A DNA stretch of 58,498 nt from positions 62,001-120,498 of IMG/VR virus record IMGVR_UViG_3300046665_000306. One strand, given 5' to 3'. Source of the DNA: an uncultured virus (IMG/VR IMGVR_UViG_3300046665_000306) (lineage: Duplodnaviria; Heunggongvirae; Uroviricota; Caudoviricetes). The number at the start of each line of letters is the position of its first letter. Position 1 is the first letter of the stretch. A program made the position numbers and the translations under genes. Under the pieces are notes generated by a model. That model saw only the letters and a list, made by a program, of their open reading frames with translations. It was not told the origin of the DNA and did no database searches. Shown here piece by piece: positions 35,415 through 45,830 of this stretch.

Positions 35415-36818
35415 ATGTTTAAACGTAATCCCGTAATCTCAACAGACAGTTATAAAATTTCACATTTTAAGCAGTATCCTCCCGGTACTACTGAAGTAAG
35501 CTCATATATTGAATCTCGCGGCGGGCCATTCAATAATGTTGTCTTCAATGGCCTCCAAGGCTTTATGATGGAGAAACTTGAAGGTCCAAGAATTACCATC
35601 GAAGACGTTTTCAACGCAGAAAAAGTCGCGGAAGCTCATGGCGAACCTTTCAACAGGGAAGGTTGGGAGCGTATTGTTTATAAGCACGGCGGCATGTACC
35701 CTGTAGAGATTCAAGCCCTTCCCGAAGGATTTGTGACACGTCCCGGCGTTCCTTTGGTACAAATTAAGAACACTGATCCTGAACTTCCATGGCTGACTTC
35801 TTATCTGGAAACTTCTTTGCTGCGCTCGATATGGTTCCCGGTAACGGTAGCCTCTCTCAGCCGTTCTATCAAAGAAGTTATTTATGATAACCTGAAAGCG
35901 ACTTCTGATAATCCAGAAGCCGAACTTCCGTTCAAGCTGCACGATTTTTCGGCTCGCGGCGTATCTTCTCAAGAAAGTGCAGAGATTGGCTCAACTGCTC
36001 ACCTCCTAAACTTTATGGGAACGGATAGCATTGAGGCAATTCCTTACTTGCAATACGTCTACGGCTATGCAGACATGCCGGGATATAGCATTGCTGCATC
36101 CGAGCATAGCACTATCACTAGTTGGGGCAGGGAAAATGAAATTCTTGCCTACAGTAACATGATTGAGCAATTCGGCGGCGAAGGAAAAATCTACGCCTGC
36201 GTCAGTGACAGTTACGATATCTATAAAGCTGTGACTGAAATGTGGGGCAATGTGCTCAAGGAAAAGATTATCGCTAAAGGTGGAACCTTGGTGATCAGGC
36301 CAGACAGCGGTGATCCTGTAGAAATCACGCTTGAAGTCGTGAAGCGATTGGATGACGCATTTGGCAGCACCATTAATTCTAAGGGTTACAAGGTTCTACA
36401 TCCCTCGGTTAGAATTATTCAGGGTGATGGAATTAACATTGATTCTATTAAAGCGATAGGTGAAAACTTTAAAGCCAATGGATATAGTGGTTCCAATATA
36501 GCGTATGGTATGGGCGGCGCTCTTCTTCAGCGAATTGATCGTGACACGATGAAATTTGCTATGAAGGCAAACGAAATTGTAGTCAATGGCGAACCTCGCG
36601 AAGTCTACAAAGACCCTGTTACTGACACTGGCAAGCGCTCCAAGCGAGGTAGACAAGCCGTTGTAGCTTCCCATCATGGACACATTGTGATCCCTGAGAA
36701 GGATTGGATAGGCACAGGAGAACATAACTTCCTACAGCCTGTGTTCCGAGACGGCGTTATTCTAAAGCGTTGGACTTGGGATGAAGCTAGGGCTTACGCC
36801 TCGTTAAACACTATGTGA
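35415..36818 (+). CDS. nadV: nicotinamide phosphoribosyltransferase (Nampt/NadV)
   Basis: TDSYK.SH..QYP, HDFSARG, SEHS, VSDSYD, IRPDSGDP, GMGGALLQ, K.SK.GR. Confidence 0.95.
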   Translation: MFKRNPVISTDSYKISHFKQYPPGTTEVSSYIESRGGPFNNVVFNGLQGFMMEKLEGPRITIEDVFNAEKVAEAHGEPFNREGWERIVYKHGGMYPVEIQALPEGFVTRPGVPLVQIKNTDPELPWLTSYLETSLLRSIWFPVTVASLSRSIKEVIYDNLKATSDNPEAELPFKLHDFSARGVSSQESAEIGSTAHLLNFMGTDSIEAIPYLQYVYGYADMPGYSIAASEHSTITSWGRENEILAYSNMIEQFGGEGKIYACVSDSYDIYKAVTEMWGNVLKEKIIAKGGTLVIRPDSGDPVEITLEVVKRLDDAFGSTINSKGYKVLHPSVRIIQGDGINIDSIKAIGENFKANGYSGSNIAYGMGGALLQRIDRDTMKFAMKANEIVVNGEPREVYKDPVTDTGKRSKRGRQAVVASHHGHIVIPEKDWIGTGEHNFLQPVFRDGVILKRWTWDEARAYASLNTM

Positions 36819-36829
36819 TCTAAAACATT

Positions 36830-36851
36830 AGCCCGCTTCGGCGGGCTTTTT
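36830..36851 (+). terminator. intrinsic terminator with UUCG tetraloop
   Basis: AGCCCGC-TTCG-GCGGGCT-TTTT right after nadV. Confidence 0.85.
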
Positions 36852-37375
36852 GTTGTCCTGAATATAAGTCAAAAAGAAGGCCCGCTGACGCGGACCTACA
36901 CTAGTTTATTGAATTGTTGTCGCACTACTTTTGTGAATAGTATTAGAGTTAATCTAGAACCACAGCCAACGCTGAAGCGGTAACTATTGCGGTAGTCAAT
37001 AAGAGCGCAGGCATTCTATATTGCTCGTTCTCCCAATGCCCGATTGTTATGAACCAGCTGAAAAAGAACACGACCCACGGCGTAAGTAGTATCATCGCTA
37101 TCAGAGAGCAGATGTGACTCATCACCAATCACCCTCTTCATCGGCCTTACCAACGATCCAGCTGTAACTCTCATCATCTTCAGGGTCGTTCAACGCTTCC
37201 ATGATCTCGGCATATTCATCAAGAATGTCTGATTCGCGTTTCGTGACTGGATTACCCATGAATTTCGTTCTCCTTGATTAAGTCTTTCAGTTCTTTTTGG
37301 TAAACTTCGTTGCCCGTTGTGTCATACATGTGGCAAAGAAAATCGATGATGCTTTCGAGTTGGTCTTTTTCTGCG

Positions 37376-37765
37376 TTATCCATAGACTTCTGTTAGGTTC
37401 CTGATTGCTGTTTTGATGTAGTTGTCGATCTTGGGCGCACGTTGTGGCAGTTCGGAAAGGCCGGTGCCTAGGCCGTCGAGAGGGATGATCAGTATGCCGT
37501 CAAGCGCGAGATGCTCATAGACCGGCTCCATATCAACGAGATAATGGTCTTCAAATAGATCGAAGTCATCATCGCTGAAAAAGCTGTTGTCATATTGAGA
37601 AGGGAGTTTCTTTGTCGCGATGCCAACGGCGTTAGGTTCGCCCCGCATTTCTTTTGCCTGTCCACCTAAGCCTTGACGCTTCAGGTTGTCTCCGAAGAGA
37701 TATAGGACGTGGGGATTGGCTTGTAGATCGACGCGGTAAATAAATTTCTGGAAGATTACTGGCAT
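37376..37765 (-). CDS. macrodomain-like phage protein
   Basis: FGDN....G.GGQA..RGEPNAVGI.TK...P.DGLGTGL; fold assignment tentative. Confidence 0.6.
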   Translation of the reverse strand: MPVIFQKFIYRVDLQANPHVLYLFGDNLKRQGLGGQAKEMRGEPNAVGIATKKLPSQYDNSFFSDDDFDLFEDHYLVDMEPVYEHLALDGILIIPLDGLGTGLSELPQRAPKIDNYIKTAIRNLTEVYG

Positions 37766-38075
37766 TTTGCAACGGTCTCCGTGGCGATTTTCTCTGCCTG
37801 CTCTTTTGTTAGTTCCGTGCTATGCATAATGATTTTGGTTAAATCGTTTCTAAGAAATGTCGTTAGTGTTTTCTCAGAAAATACTTTACTTTTTTTGATC
37901 ATTCGTATCCTCATTTTCAATGCGTTTAAAACCATGTACGGCACAATCTTTGTGATACCGTGCCACTATCTTACCGTCTGGCCTTATAAAGTCAACCGCT
38001 TCAGATGGTTTAATGTTGCCTTGAACAGGGTCACAGGAGCAAATTTTTTCTTCAGTCATTATGTTTCTTTTTGTA

Positions 38076-38127
38076 TTGACTTTTTGATTATGACGTGATA
38101 TCTAACACACTTATTAACGAAAGTCAA
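38076..38127. promoter_or_regulatory. bidirectional promoter sharing one -10 hexamer
   Basis: TTGACT-17 nt-TATCTA(38099-38104) on plus; TTGACT-17 nt-TAGATA on minus using the same 6 bp. Confidence 0.6.
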
Positions 38128-38372
38128 GAGTTAAGTGATTATAATTTATAATAATTTTGAGTGGGTCTATTTCTCGGAGCAGTTTGATTACTACATTGTC
38201 TCAGGTTATGTCATGACTTGTCCCTGCCCCGTCACTGGTGATCCAATTATTCACGACGTTATTGTTGACGAAATTTGGGACGTGGAACAAAATAATAACT
38301 TGACAAATGTGATCGGACATGATTGGATAGCCTCGAATTTAGATAATCGCATATATTAATTAGGCATTTTTA

Positions 38373-40517
38373 ATGAAAACAAATACAGTAGCTAATGATG
38401 ACGTGCTGGTTCATGGCGCGCGGCAGACCAGAAAGTTTAGCATCGCGGCTAATGGTAAAGCCTTCAAAATTCTTATCGACGGCATTTACTCAAATAAAAT
38501 TCAAGCCATTGTCAGGGAAATTTCTTCTAACGCTTTTGATGCACATATCGGGGCGAATAGGAGCGAAACTCCTTTCGATATTCAACTTCCCAATCTTCTT
38601 GATCCAAGTTTCAGCGTCAGAGATTATGGCACCTCACTGTCTCACGAAGACATTATGGGTCTTTATACCACTTTGTTTGAAAGCACGAAAGAGGATTCTA
38701 ACGATGAAATCGGTAAGTTTGGTCTCGGATCGAAGACGCCATTTGCCTATACCGACAATTTCACTGTAACAGCCTTTCTTCGTGGCACGAAGCGTGTCTA
38801 TGCTGCATATATCGATGTCAAGGGCGAGCCTAATATCTCCCTCATGGCTTCGGAAGACACGGACGAACATGATGGCCTAATGGTTTCATTCCCGGTTAAC
38901 TCCAAGGATTGTGAACGCTTCAGGGTTGAATGTGAAAAAGTAGTCGAAGGTTTTGATATTAAGCCAAATATTCGTGGCGCTAAAATCTCGTTGAAGCGCC
39001 ACGGCGAGACCATCAAAGAAGGCTCTAACTTCAAGGTCTATCCTAATGGCGGGGCGCGCGCCAAGCAAGGCTGCGTAATTTACCCCATTGATCTTGACGC
39101 CCTGCCCTCATTGACACAGCAGCAGAAGAATATCCTGACTTCTGATATTTTAATTGATTTTCCAATTGGCGAACTTGATATCACGCCGAGCCGCGAAATG
39201 CTGAGCTATGACGATATCACGATCCAGAATATTTTGGATATGGCTGAGAAAATTGACGCCGAAATCTTAGGCGATATGGAACAGCAATATTCTAAGATGA
39301 GAACTATGCATGAGGCGCGATGCTTCATGACAAGGCATAAAAATGCTGCACTCAAGACTATCAGCAATTTCGCAACCAATCTACGGTTCAACGGCAAGAC
39401 CGTGTCCAGCCATTCCAACATGCAGCGCGACAAGCTTAAAAAAATCTACGGCGCAAGCATTTATAATGTTGATGGCTATGACATTAGGAACTTGAAAACG
39501 CTAAAATACAAAGGCGATAAGGGTTATGTTACGAGTTGGGACGTTGATGAAGGAACGATGTTTCTTGTCGAAGATTATCGTGACCCTAATAAGGCAGTTA
39601 AACTAGTCAATGCAAGGATTCGCAACAATTTAGGTGATCATACCAATATCGTCTGGATCAGAGATTACGGTATGACGGACAAGCAATTTAGGCAGTTGCG
39701 TAAGCTACTCGGCTACCCACCTAAGTTTTATAAACTTTCGGACTTCCAACTCCCGGTTCGTGAGAAGACTGTCAGGTCTTACAATTATGACCCTGTGCCT
39801 CGCATCGCGCGCCACGAAATCCGTGCCGAGAAAGTGAATAGTAGCAACCAGACCTACGAATATATCTTCGATCTGAATAATCTCTCGCAAGACACCAAAT
39901 ATCTTTTTTTCTATAAGGGATATTTCTTAAGCAATGAGGCAGATGCAGACAGCGGCGTAGTCAATATTAATAACTATTTTACCAAGGAAGAGCTTGACAG
40001 TTTTATCGTTGTTCGTAATAAGCACTTGGAAAAAATTAAAAAATTAGGATTCACCAATGCTTTGACCGAAAAGCGTGACGCACTTGAGCAAATTCTCGAT
40101 TTCCAAGCGTTTAACGCGCGGGCTGAGTTAGATAAAGAAATGAACCATTGGATTAAAAAATATGCCAATGACTTAAGTGCTTTAGAGTATGACAGTGACA
40201 CTTCGTTTAAAAAAGTGCTTGACTTTTTACGTAGATATGCTAATAACGATGAGAGTGACACCAACAGCGCTAACATTGCGTTGTGGAAACGACTCGTTCC
40301 TCTCTCAGCCTATGTCGCTAAAAAAGATGAATTCCCTGTAGAATTCACAGGTGCTGACACTCTCAGCTATTGGGTAGATAAATTTAAAGCGGATTACCCT
40401 CTCGTAAATCTGTATCTCCCGACATATACCAGCAGTGAATTTTACAAAAATTTAGAACATATTTTTAATTACATCAAAATGGTTGACAAAGAAAATGGCC
40501 AAAATATTATTACATAA
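38373..40517 (+). CDS. rIIA: rIIA protein (GHKL ATPase N-domain)
   Basis: IYSNK..AIVREISSNAFDAH, VRDYGT.L, STK..SND.IG.FGLGSKTPFAYT, TPSREMLSY. Confidence 0.92.
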   Translation: MKTNTVANDDVLVHGARQTRKFSIAANGKAFKILIDGIYSNKIQAIVREISSNAFDAHIGANRSETPFDIQLPNLLDPSFSVRDYGTSLSHEDIMGLYTTLFESTKEDSNDEIGKFGLGSKTPFAYTDNFTVTAFLRGTKRVYAAYIDVKGEPNISLMASEDTDEHDGLMVSFPVNSKDCERFRVECEKVVEGFDIKPNIRGAKISLKRHGETIKEGSNFKVYPNGGARAKQGCVIYPIDLDALPSLTQQQKNILTSDILIDFPIGELDITPSREMLSYDDITIQNILDMAEKIDAEILGDMEQQYSKMRTMHEARCFMTRHKNAALKTISNFATNLRFNGKTVSSHSNMQRDKLKKIYGASIYNVDGYDIRNLKTLKYKGDKGYVTSWDVDEGTMFLVEDYRDPNKAVKLVNARIRNNLGDHTNIVWIRDYGMTDKQFRQLRKLLGYPPKFYKLSDFQLPVREKTVRSYNYDPVPRIARHEIRAEKVNSSNQTYEYIFDLNNLSQDTKYLFFYKGYFLSNEADADSGVVNINNYFTKEELDSFIVVRNKHLEKIKKLGFTNALTEKRDALEQILDFQAFNARAELDKEMNHWIKKYANDLSALEYDSDTSFKKVLDFLRRYANNDESDTNSANIALWKRLVPLSAYVAKKDEFPVEFTGADTLSYWVDKFKADYPLVNLYLPTYTSSEFYKNLEHIFNYIKMVDKENGQNIIT

Positions 40518-40839
40518 TACCTATGGCTACTACTGGCTCCCAAAAGAAATCGTTATGCGTTATCTGGAACTAGCAGGTCTGTCATATATTTTTGACCCTG
40601 ATGGTGGGTGGAGCAACGAAAAGAAATGGACAGTTAACGGCAAGCCGTTTGATCCAGACGATGAAATCGAGCGTCACGACACTTTACTTGTCCAAGCCGT
40701 GGAAGAATTCGAAGACTCTTTCGGGAGTCATTTAAACATTGAAGAAGTACCAGCTGGTACGCATTACATGATTGAAGATTATGACGGAAAAGAAATGATC
40801 CGTATTCGAGAAAATATTAATTGGAGAATAGCAGAATAA
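40483..40839 (+). CDS. hypothetical protein between rIIA and rIIB
   Basis: RHD..LVQAVEE...I.DYDG.E motif. Confidence 0.65.
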   Translation: MTKKMAKILLHNTYGYYWLPKEIVMRYLELAGLSYIFDPDGGWSNEKKWTVNGKPFDPDDEIERHDTLLVQAVEEFEDSFGSHLNIEEVPAGTHYMIEDYDGKEMIRIRENINWRIAE

Positions 40840-41804
40840 TGACTTTTGGATTTGTACAAACTGGTCGCGGCGGCGTCAATCTTTTCTTTGGCGCTAAGCC
40901 AGTTGCGGTAGACCCGACCCACCTCTATTATAACGAAATTTTGGAAGAATTGAAGAAAGGTGCAACGTCTTGGAGCGTGGATCGACTCAAGGAGCTTTCC
41001 AACATCCCTGAAGCGATTAAGGGCCTGCTTTATGGTGACGTAACTGTCACAGATGGTGAAATTTATTATAAAAATCACGTCGTGCATAACACTCTGACCA
41101 ACAAAATGATCGAACTGATTCGCGAAGGTTGGGACGTTGGTATTTGGGCCAACTTCTTGAATAATGTGATGAAGAACCCTTCACAAACTGCTGTTGACGA
41201 ACTATATCTGTTTCTTGAAGCGGCGCAAATGCCCCTCACATCAGATGGCCACTTCCTAGCATTTAAGAAGGTACGCGATGACTACACCAGTATCCACGAC
41301 GGAAAGACCGATAATAGTATTGGGTCAAAACCTTCTATGCCTCGCGAAGAAGTCGATCCCGACCGTGACCGTCATTGCAGCCGTGGTCTTCATTTTTGTG
41401 CTCATAGTTACTTAGGTTCTTTCGGTAGCACCGTAGGTCATCGTGTCGTTGTGGTTAAAATCAACCCCGCCGATGTTGTCGCCATCCCTTCAGATTATGC
41501 TAATGCAAAGGGTAGGGCTTGGACCTATGAAGTCGTAGATGAAATTGATAATCCCGGCAAGGGTGAGCGTGACAAGCGTTTCAATGTTGCGGTAGATGAT
41601 TCGTGGGACGCTCCCGAGGAACTAGCCCTTGGTGATACTCCTAGTGATCTTCTCTTTGGCGACATTTATACCGCTAAGGAAATCCTTGACAAGGTGAACG
41701 AAGTAGGGTCTGTCAGGGGTGCGGGTCGAGCCCTTGGAATCGCTAAGTCAACTTTTGGCGATTGGGTTAAGAAGGCTAAGGAAATCGTTTCACAGGAGGA
41801 TTAA
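40839..41804 (+). CDS. rIIB: rIIB protein with C-terminal HTH
   Basis: NPS..AVDELY.FL, T.DG.FLAFKKV, MPR..VD.D....CS.GLH, VKINPADVVAIP.DY; HTH SVRGAGRALGIAKST. Confidence 0.9.
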   Translation: MTFGFVQTGRGGVNLFFGAKPVAVDPTHLYYNEILEELKKGATSWSVDRLKELSNIPEAIKGLLYGDVTVTDGEIYYKNHVVHNTLTNKMIELIREGWDVGIWANFLNNVMKNPSQTAVDELYLFLEAAQMPLTSDGHFLAFKKVRDDYTSIHDGKTDNSIGSKPSMPREEVDPDRDRHCSRGLHFCAHSYLGSFGSTVGHRVVVVKINPADVVAIPSDYANAKGRAWTYEVVDEIDNPGKGERDKRFNVAVDDSWDAPEELALGDTPSDLLFGDIYTAKEILDKVNEVGSVRGAGRALGIAKSTFGDWVKKAKEIVSQED

Positions 41805-42158
41805 ATGAAATTTCGTTACAAGATGGCTTTAGGACTGGCGGCTTTTTTGGCAGTCACCTATGGCGTGCGATACATATATGTAGCTGCGACGACAACCACA
41901 GTCACTGACCTATTTGTTAGGGACAGTGAGAGGGTTTGCGACAAGACTGGCAAGGATTGCAAGTACCTAGCCTTTGGACAGAACGAGACTTACGAAAATG
42001 TAGATGAATGGGTTTTTGCAAAATATAATTCGTCTGATGTTAATAAAGTTCTTGTCAAGGGCAATAGCTGTAGGCTCAAGGTTCACGGCTTCAGATTTGG
42101 TTATATGTCATGGTACAGAAATATTATCACGGCGGACTGTGTACCAAATACTAAATAA
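41805..42158 (+). CDS. membrane-anchored periplasmic protein
   Basis: N-terminal TM; KYL...EN.D...K.NSSD...V.GFR...SWY.NII motif. Confidence 0.7.
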   Translation: MKFRYKMALGLAAFLAVTYGVRYIYVAATTTTVTDLFVRDSERVCDKTGKDCKYLAFGQNETYENVDEWVFAKYNSSDVNKVLVKGNSCRLKVHGFRFGYMSWYRNIITADCVPNTK

Positions 42159-42160
42159 AT

Positions 42161-42180
42161 GAGCGCTTCGGCGCTCCCTT
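42161..42180 (+). terminator. UUCG hairpin, weak terminator
   Basis: GAGCGC-TTCG-GCGCTC followed by a poor U-tract. Confidence 0.4.
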
Positions 42181-42204
42181 CCCGTTTCAAAATTAAGAAA
42201 AATT

Positions 42205-43341
42205 ATGATTTATAAAACATTATTCCACCTCGATAACAACGACAATATTCGAACATGGTTTATGGAGCAGGACGGCTCTCAATATCGGACCCACTCAGGC
42301 ATTGAAGGCGGCAAGATCGTCATTTCTGAATGGAAGCAGGCCACGGCGAAAAATGTTGGCAAGACAAATGCCACGAGTGATGAGAGCCAAGCCACGGCTG
42401 AAATTGAAGCTCTGTATCAAAAGAAGCTGGACCGCAAGTACAGTCTAACTCCCGACACGGCGCAGCGCTCAAATTTTGTCCAGCCCATGCTAGCTGATAA
42501 ATTTCACGAAACCAAAACTTTTAAAACCAAGAAGACTTGGATTCTCCAACCAAAGCTAGACGGACTCCGCTGTGTCATGGATGACACTGGTGGCACGTCG
42601 CGCGCCGGTAAGCCGTTTCACACCGTGGCGCATCTCGTCGCTAAACTGGACGAAGCCGCGCTAAAATATAATGTCACTTTCGACGGCGAGCTTTATAATC
42701 ATTCGTACAAGGAGGATTTCGAAAAGATCGTTTCACTGGTCAAAAAGCAAAAGCTCTCAAGCCTAACAGATGAAGAGTTGCGAGAAATTGCTGACAAGGT
42801 TGAATTCCATATCTACGACGTAATTTTTTGGGACAATCTTGAGCGACCGTATCGCGAAAGACTTGACTTTCTGGAAGAAATCTTTGTCGAAGACTTTTCT
42901 ACCAGCACCAAAATTAAACTAGTCGAAGCGATTCAAATCGAAGGCCTTGATTTTGAAAGGGTTCAGCAGGCACACGACAAGTATTTTGCTGAAGGTTATG
43001 AAGGCCTTATGCTTCGTGACGCGGATTCTCCCTACGAATTCAAGCGCTCAAAAGGCCTTCTAAAATATAAAAACTTTGACGAAGATGAATTTGAACTTGT
43101 AGATATCATCGAAGGTCAGGGCAATTGGAGCGGCGCGGCTAAGGCTGTAGTTGTTAAAACCCCGCACGGAGAATCCGAAGCCGGTGTTGCTGGCACCTAC
43201 GAGCGCAACAAAGAGATTTGGGAAAACCCTAAAAAGTATATCGGCGGACAAGTTACCGTTAAATATCAAGGGTATACCAAAGACAATAAATTGCGTTTCG
43301 GTGTAGTCAAAGCTTTCCATGAAGGCAAAAGAGATTATTAA
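42205..43341 (+). CDS. lig: ATP-dependent DNA ligase
   Basis: QPMLA, QPKLDGLRC, FDGELY, IYD, YEGLMLR, KRS..LLKYK, TVKYQG....LRF. Confidence 0.95.
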   Translation: MIYKTLFHLDNNDNIRTWFMEQDGSQYRTHSGIEGGKIVISEWKQATAKNVGKTNATSDESQATAEIEALYQKKLDRKYSLTPDTAQRSNFVQPMLADKFHETKTFKTKKTWILQPKLDGLRCVMDDTGGTSRAGKPFHTVAHLVAKLDEAALKYNVTFDGELYNHSYKEDFEKIVSLVKKQKLSSLTDEELREIADKVEFHIYDVIFWDNLERPYRERLDFLEEIFVEDFSTSTKIKLVEAIQIEGLDFERVQQAHDKYFAEGYEGLMLRDADSPYEFKRSKGLLKYKNFDEDEFELVDIIEGQGNWSGAAKAVVVKTPHGESEAGVAGTYERNKEIWENPKKYIGGQVTVKYQGYTKDNKLRFGVVKAFHEGKRDY

Positions 43342-43529
43342 ATCATGGATAATTGGTATCCTTGGACCGGTGGACACAGTAATGGACCGGTTAGTCCAAC
43401 AGCTGTTGTTGAGACTAAACTTCGGGATGGAACTTTGATGAAGCCATATCCAAGTGAAGGCATCATTTGGACTCATTATGGCCAATCCACTGATATTATT
43501 GAATATCGTGTTATTAACAAAGAAGAGTC

Positions 43530-43862
43530 TTGATGTACGGAGTAGAAAAAATAACGCTGACGAGGCCTGAGTACAATCTCATGCAACGTCGGCTCGCAAA
43601 ACTAGCTGCATTGGAAAGTCGCGGCGTCAATTATTGGGAATTTCATGACGAAGCGCTGATTGAATGGAAACGTGAAGAAGCGCTAAGCGATTTACTTTCC
43701 GCAATTATTGATGAAATTAACGACTTCCTAACCGAAGCTGAAATAGATCAACCCGCTGGTTATGGCTGTGGATATTCGATTACATTTGACGAGGGTCAGA
43801 TGGAAAATATCTTAAAAGGCTTTGCCGATAAATATGTTAGAATTAAGACCGATGACAGATGA
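43530..43862 (+). CDS. hypothetical protein
   Basis: L.ALE..GV.NW motif. Confidence 0.6.
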   Translation: MMYGVEKITLTRPEYNLMQRRLAKLAALESRGVNYWEFHDEALIEWKREEALSDLLSAIIDEINDFLTEAEIDQPAGYGCGYSITFDEGQMENILKGFADKYVRIKTDDR

Positions 43863-44346
43863 AGTTTTAAAATATTATTGCGGCGTGGGCAGCAGACAAA
43901 CGCCGGATGAAGTGATGGCGGAAATGAGAATGATTGCTGCTATCTTGAGAGAGAATGGCTATATTCTCAATTCTGGCGGCGCAGACGGAGCCGACACAGC
44001 TTTTGAAGATGGCGCGGGCGATGAGAAGCAAATCTTTCTCCCTTGGGAAGGTTTTAACGGCAGAGATGGCATTGTTGCTGGCGGAAAAACTGCGGCAAGA
44101 AAGATCGCAATGAGAATTCATCCCTATTGGGATAATCTGACACAGGGCGGGAAGAAGCTTCACACCCGCAACGCGTGTCAAGTCCTCGGCTTCGATCTGA
44201 AGACTCCTGTGGATTTTGTTGTGTGTTGGACCCCCGATGGCAAACCAAGTGGTGGAACCAGAACTGCCGTAATTATTGCTGAAGAACATGGAATTCCGGT
44301 ATATAATTTAAAGGTCGATAAATTTCCTATTGACAAATTCCTGTGA
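43852..44346 (+). CDS. SLOG-superfamily (DprA/Smf-like) nucleotide-binding protein
   Basis: Y.GVGSR.TP, SGGADGAD.AFE, LH.RN..QVLG, GGT.TA...A. Confidence 0.75.
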   Translation: MTDEVLKYYCGVGSRQTPDEVMAEMRMIAAILRENGYILNSGGADGADTAFEDGAGDEKQIFLPWEGFNGRDGIVAGGKTAARKIAMRIHPYWDNLTQGGKKLHTRNACQVLGFDLKTPVDFVVCWTPDGKPSGGTRTAVIIAEEHGIPVYNLKVDKFPIDKFL

Positions 44347-44388
44347 CGTGCTAACTTTTCCTTACATTCAAATCAAAGGAGAAACCAG

Positions 44389-44706
44389 ATGCAACAGATT
44401 AGCTACCGCGCCGCGCTTCGCAAGATCATTCTCGCTGGCGGCGATATCATGGGCATCACATTCGTTAAGGCTGACGGCGAACTTCGCGACATGACGTTTC
44501 GCCGTAACGTCGCTACGATGGTAAAGAACAACCCCGACAATGCAAAGAACGATAGCACTAAGAGAGTACGTCGCGGCTCTCTCATCACTGTCGTTGAAAT
44601 GGATGGGACGCAGGACCGGAAGTGGAAGACGATTAATCTTCGCACCGTAACAGAACTGCGTGTCAATAAAGAAAGATATGTAATCGATGAATCAACAGTA
44701 CGTTGA
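44389..44706 (+). CDS. WYL-like/SH3-fold protein
   Basis: F.KADG..R.M...WKTI motif; AAGGAG SD and upstream TTGACA. Confidence 0.6.
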   Translation: MQQISYRAALRKIILAGGDIMGITFVKADGELRDMTFRRNVATMVKNNPDNAKNDSTKRVRRGSLITVVEMDGTQDRKWKTINLRTVTELRVNKERYVIDESTVR

Positions 44707-45025
44707 AGGACTGCTTGAACATTTAAAAACCTTTTACTGCGAAACGCAGTGGGATAAGGTACTTGAATATTTTGGCGAAGAAGCTGCAAATGATCTTGAC
44801 TTCATGGCACATTTTGATTATGAAGAAATCTTTGCCAGAGGCGACCTAAAAGAATGTGAAGCATTTTATCACGTCTGCTTTATGCAGAGATGCTTGATTC
44901 TTGGCATGTTTGATCTTTCAAAAAACGAGGAAGCTGCAACAACTTTTGCCTATCTCGAATATTGGGTAATTAAATTGCACACGAAATTTACAGGAAGTAC
45001 GGAAAAAGATTTATGGCTTCATTGA
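44687..45025 (+). CDS. hypothetical protein
   Basis: Tiled ORF. Confidence 0.55.
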   Translation: MNQQYVEGLLEHLKTFYCETQWDKVLEYFGEEAANDLDFMAHFDYEEIFARGDLKECEAFYHVCFMQRCLILGMFDLSKNEEAATTFAYLEYWVIKLHTKFTGSTEKDLWLH

Positions 45026-45245
45026 TTAAGAGAACTGCTGTTATTTGCGACGACGTTGTAGAATTTGACGAACTGACTAGGTTTCGCCACAAAGAGGGTG
45101 TAGAGGAATATATTCACGTAACGACGGTAGACGTATTAAAAAGTATTGACATTCTTACAAATGCCATATACCTTGGTTCGGCTACTAAGTTAGACGAATT
45201 TGCAGCACTACGTGCCGCAGTGAGTGAAAGAGGAGTATCGGAGCG

Positions 45246-45830
45246 ATGGCAGTAAAGCGAGCTAAAATTCTAGAATCGAAAGATTTGAAGACCATCTTTA
45301 AATACATAGATTCGAACAAAGACCATAAGACAAATGCTCGCGACAAGGTCGCTGTACTTCTGAGCGCCAAGGCAGGGCTTAGAGCTTCTGAAATCGCCGG
45401 GATTCGCTGGATCGATGTGACGAAAGCCGATGGCACGATTAACGATGTGATGCATATCGGCAATCACATCACCAAGGGCGGGAAGCGAGAGCGACAAGTA
45501 CCTATCCATCCAGAACTGAAACATTACCTTGAAGTCCTGAGACGCCAGCGCCCCGCTGATGAGTACATCCGATTCGGAGACTACAAGGAGACCATGACGG
45601 CCAACGCCATGACGGTGTGGTTCACGCGCCTGTATAAGGCTGTGGAGCTTCAAGGCTGTTCCTCCCATAGCGGTAGACGGACCTTCATCACAGAGGCGGC
45701 ACGCCGCGCCAACCTGTACAACGCATCACTTCGGGATGTACAGGACTTGGCGGGACATGCGAACCTTACCACAACGGAACGGTATATCGATCCTAGCGAC
45801 GGTGTCAAGAAGCTGGTGTCATCTTTGTGA
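45246..45830 (+). CDS. tyrosine recombinase (catalytic domain only)
   Basis: GLRASE (R), TKGG (K), HSGRRT (HxxR), LAGH, TTERY (Y). Confidence 0.92.
   Translation: MAVKRAKILESKDLKTIFKYIDSNKDHKTNARDKVAVLLSAKAGLRASEIAGIRWIDVTKADGTINDVMHIGNHITKGGKRERQVPIHPELKHYLEVLRRQRPADEYIRFGDYKETMTANAMTVWFTRLYKAVELQGCSSHSGRRTFITEAARRANLYNASLRDVQDLAGHANLTTTERYIDPSDGVKKLVSSL

Noticed and set aside
36852..37375. Possible ncRNA in the ORF-track gap after nadV
   Set aside because: The region is accounted for by convergent terminator-like hairpins and short minus-strand ORFs under 60 aa; no tRNA-like or other RNA motif was seen.
45246..45830. Evidence that the window is an integrated prophage
   Set aside because: No att repeat, repressor or host genes are visible; gene content and density fit a large free phage.
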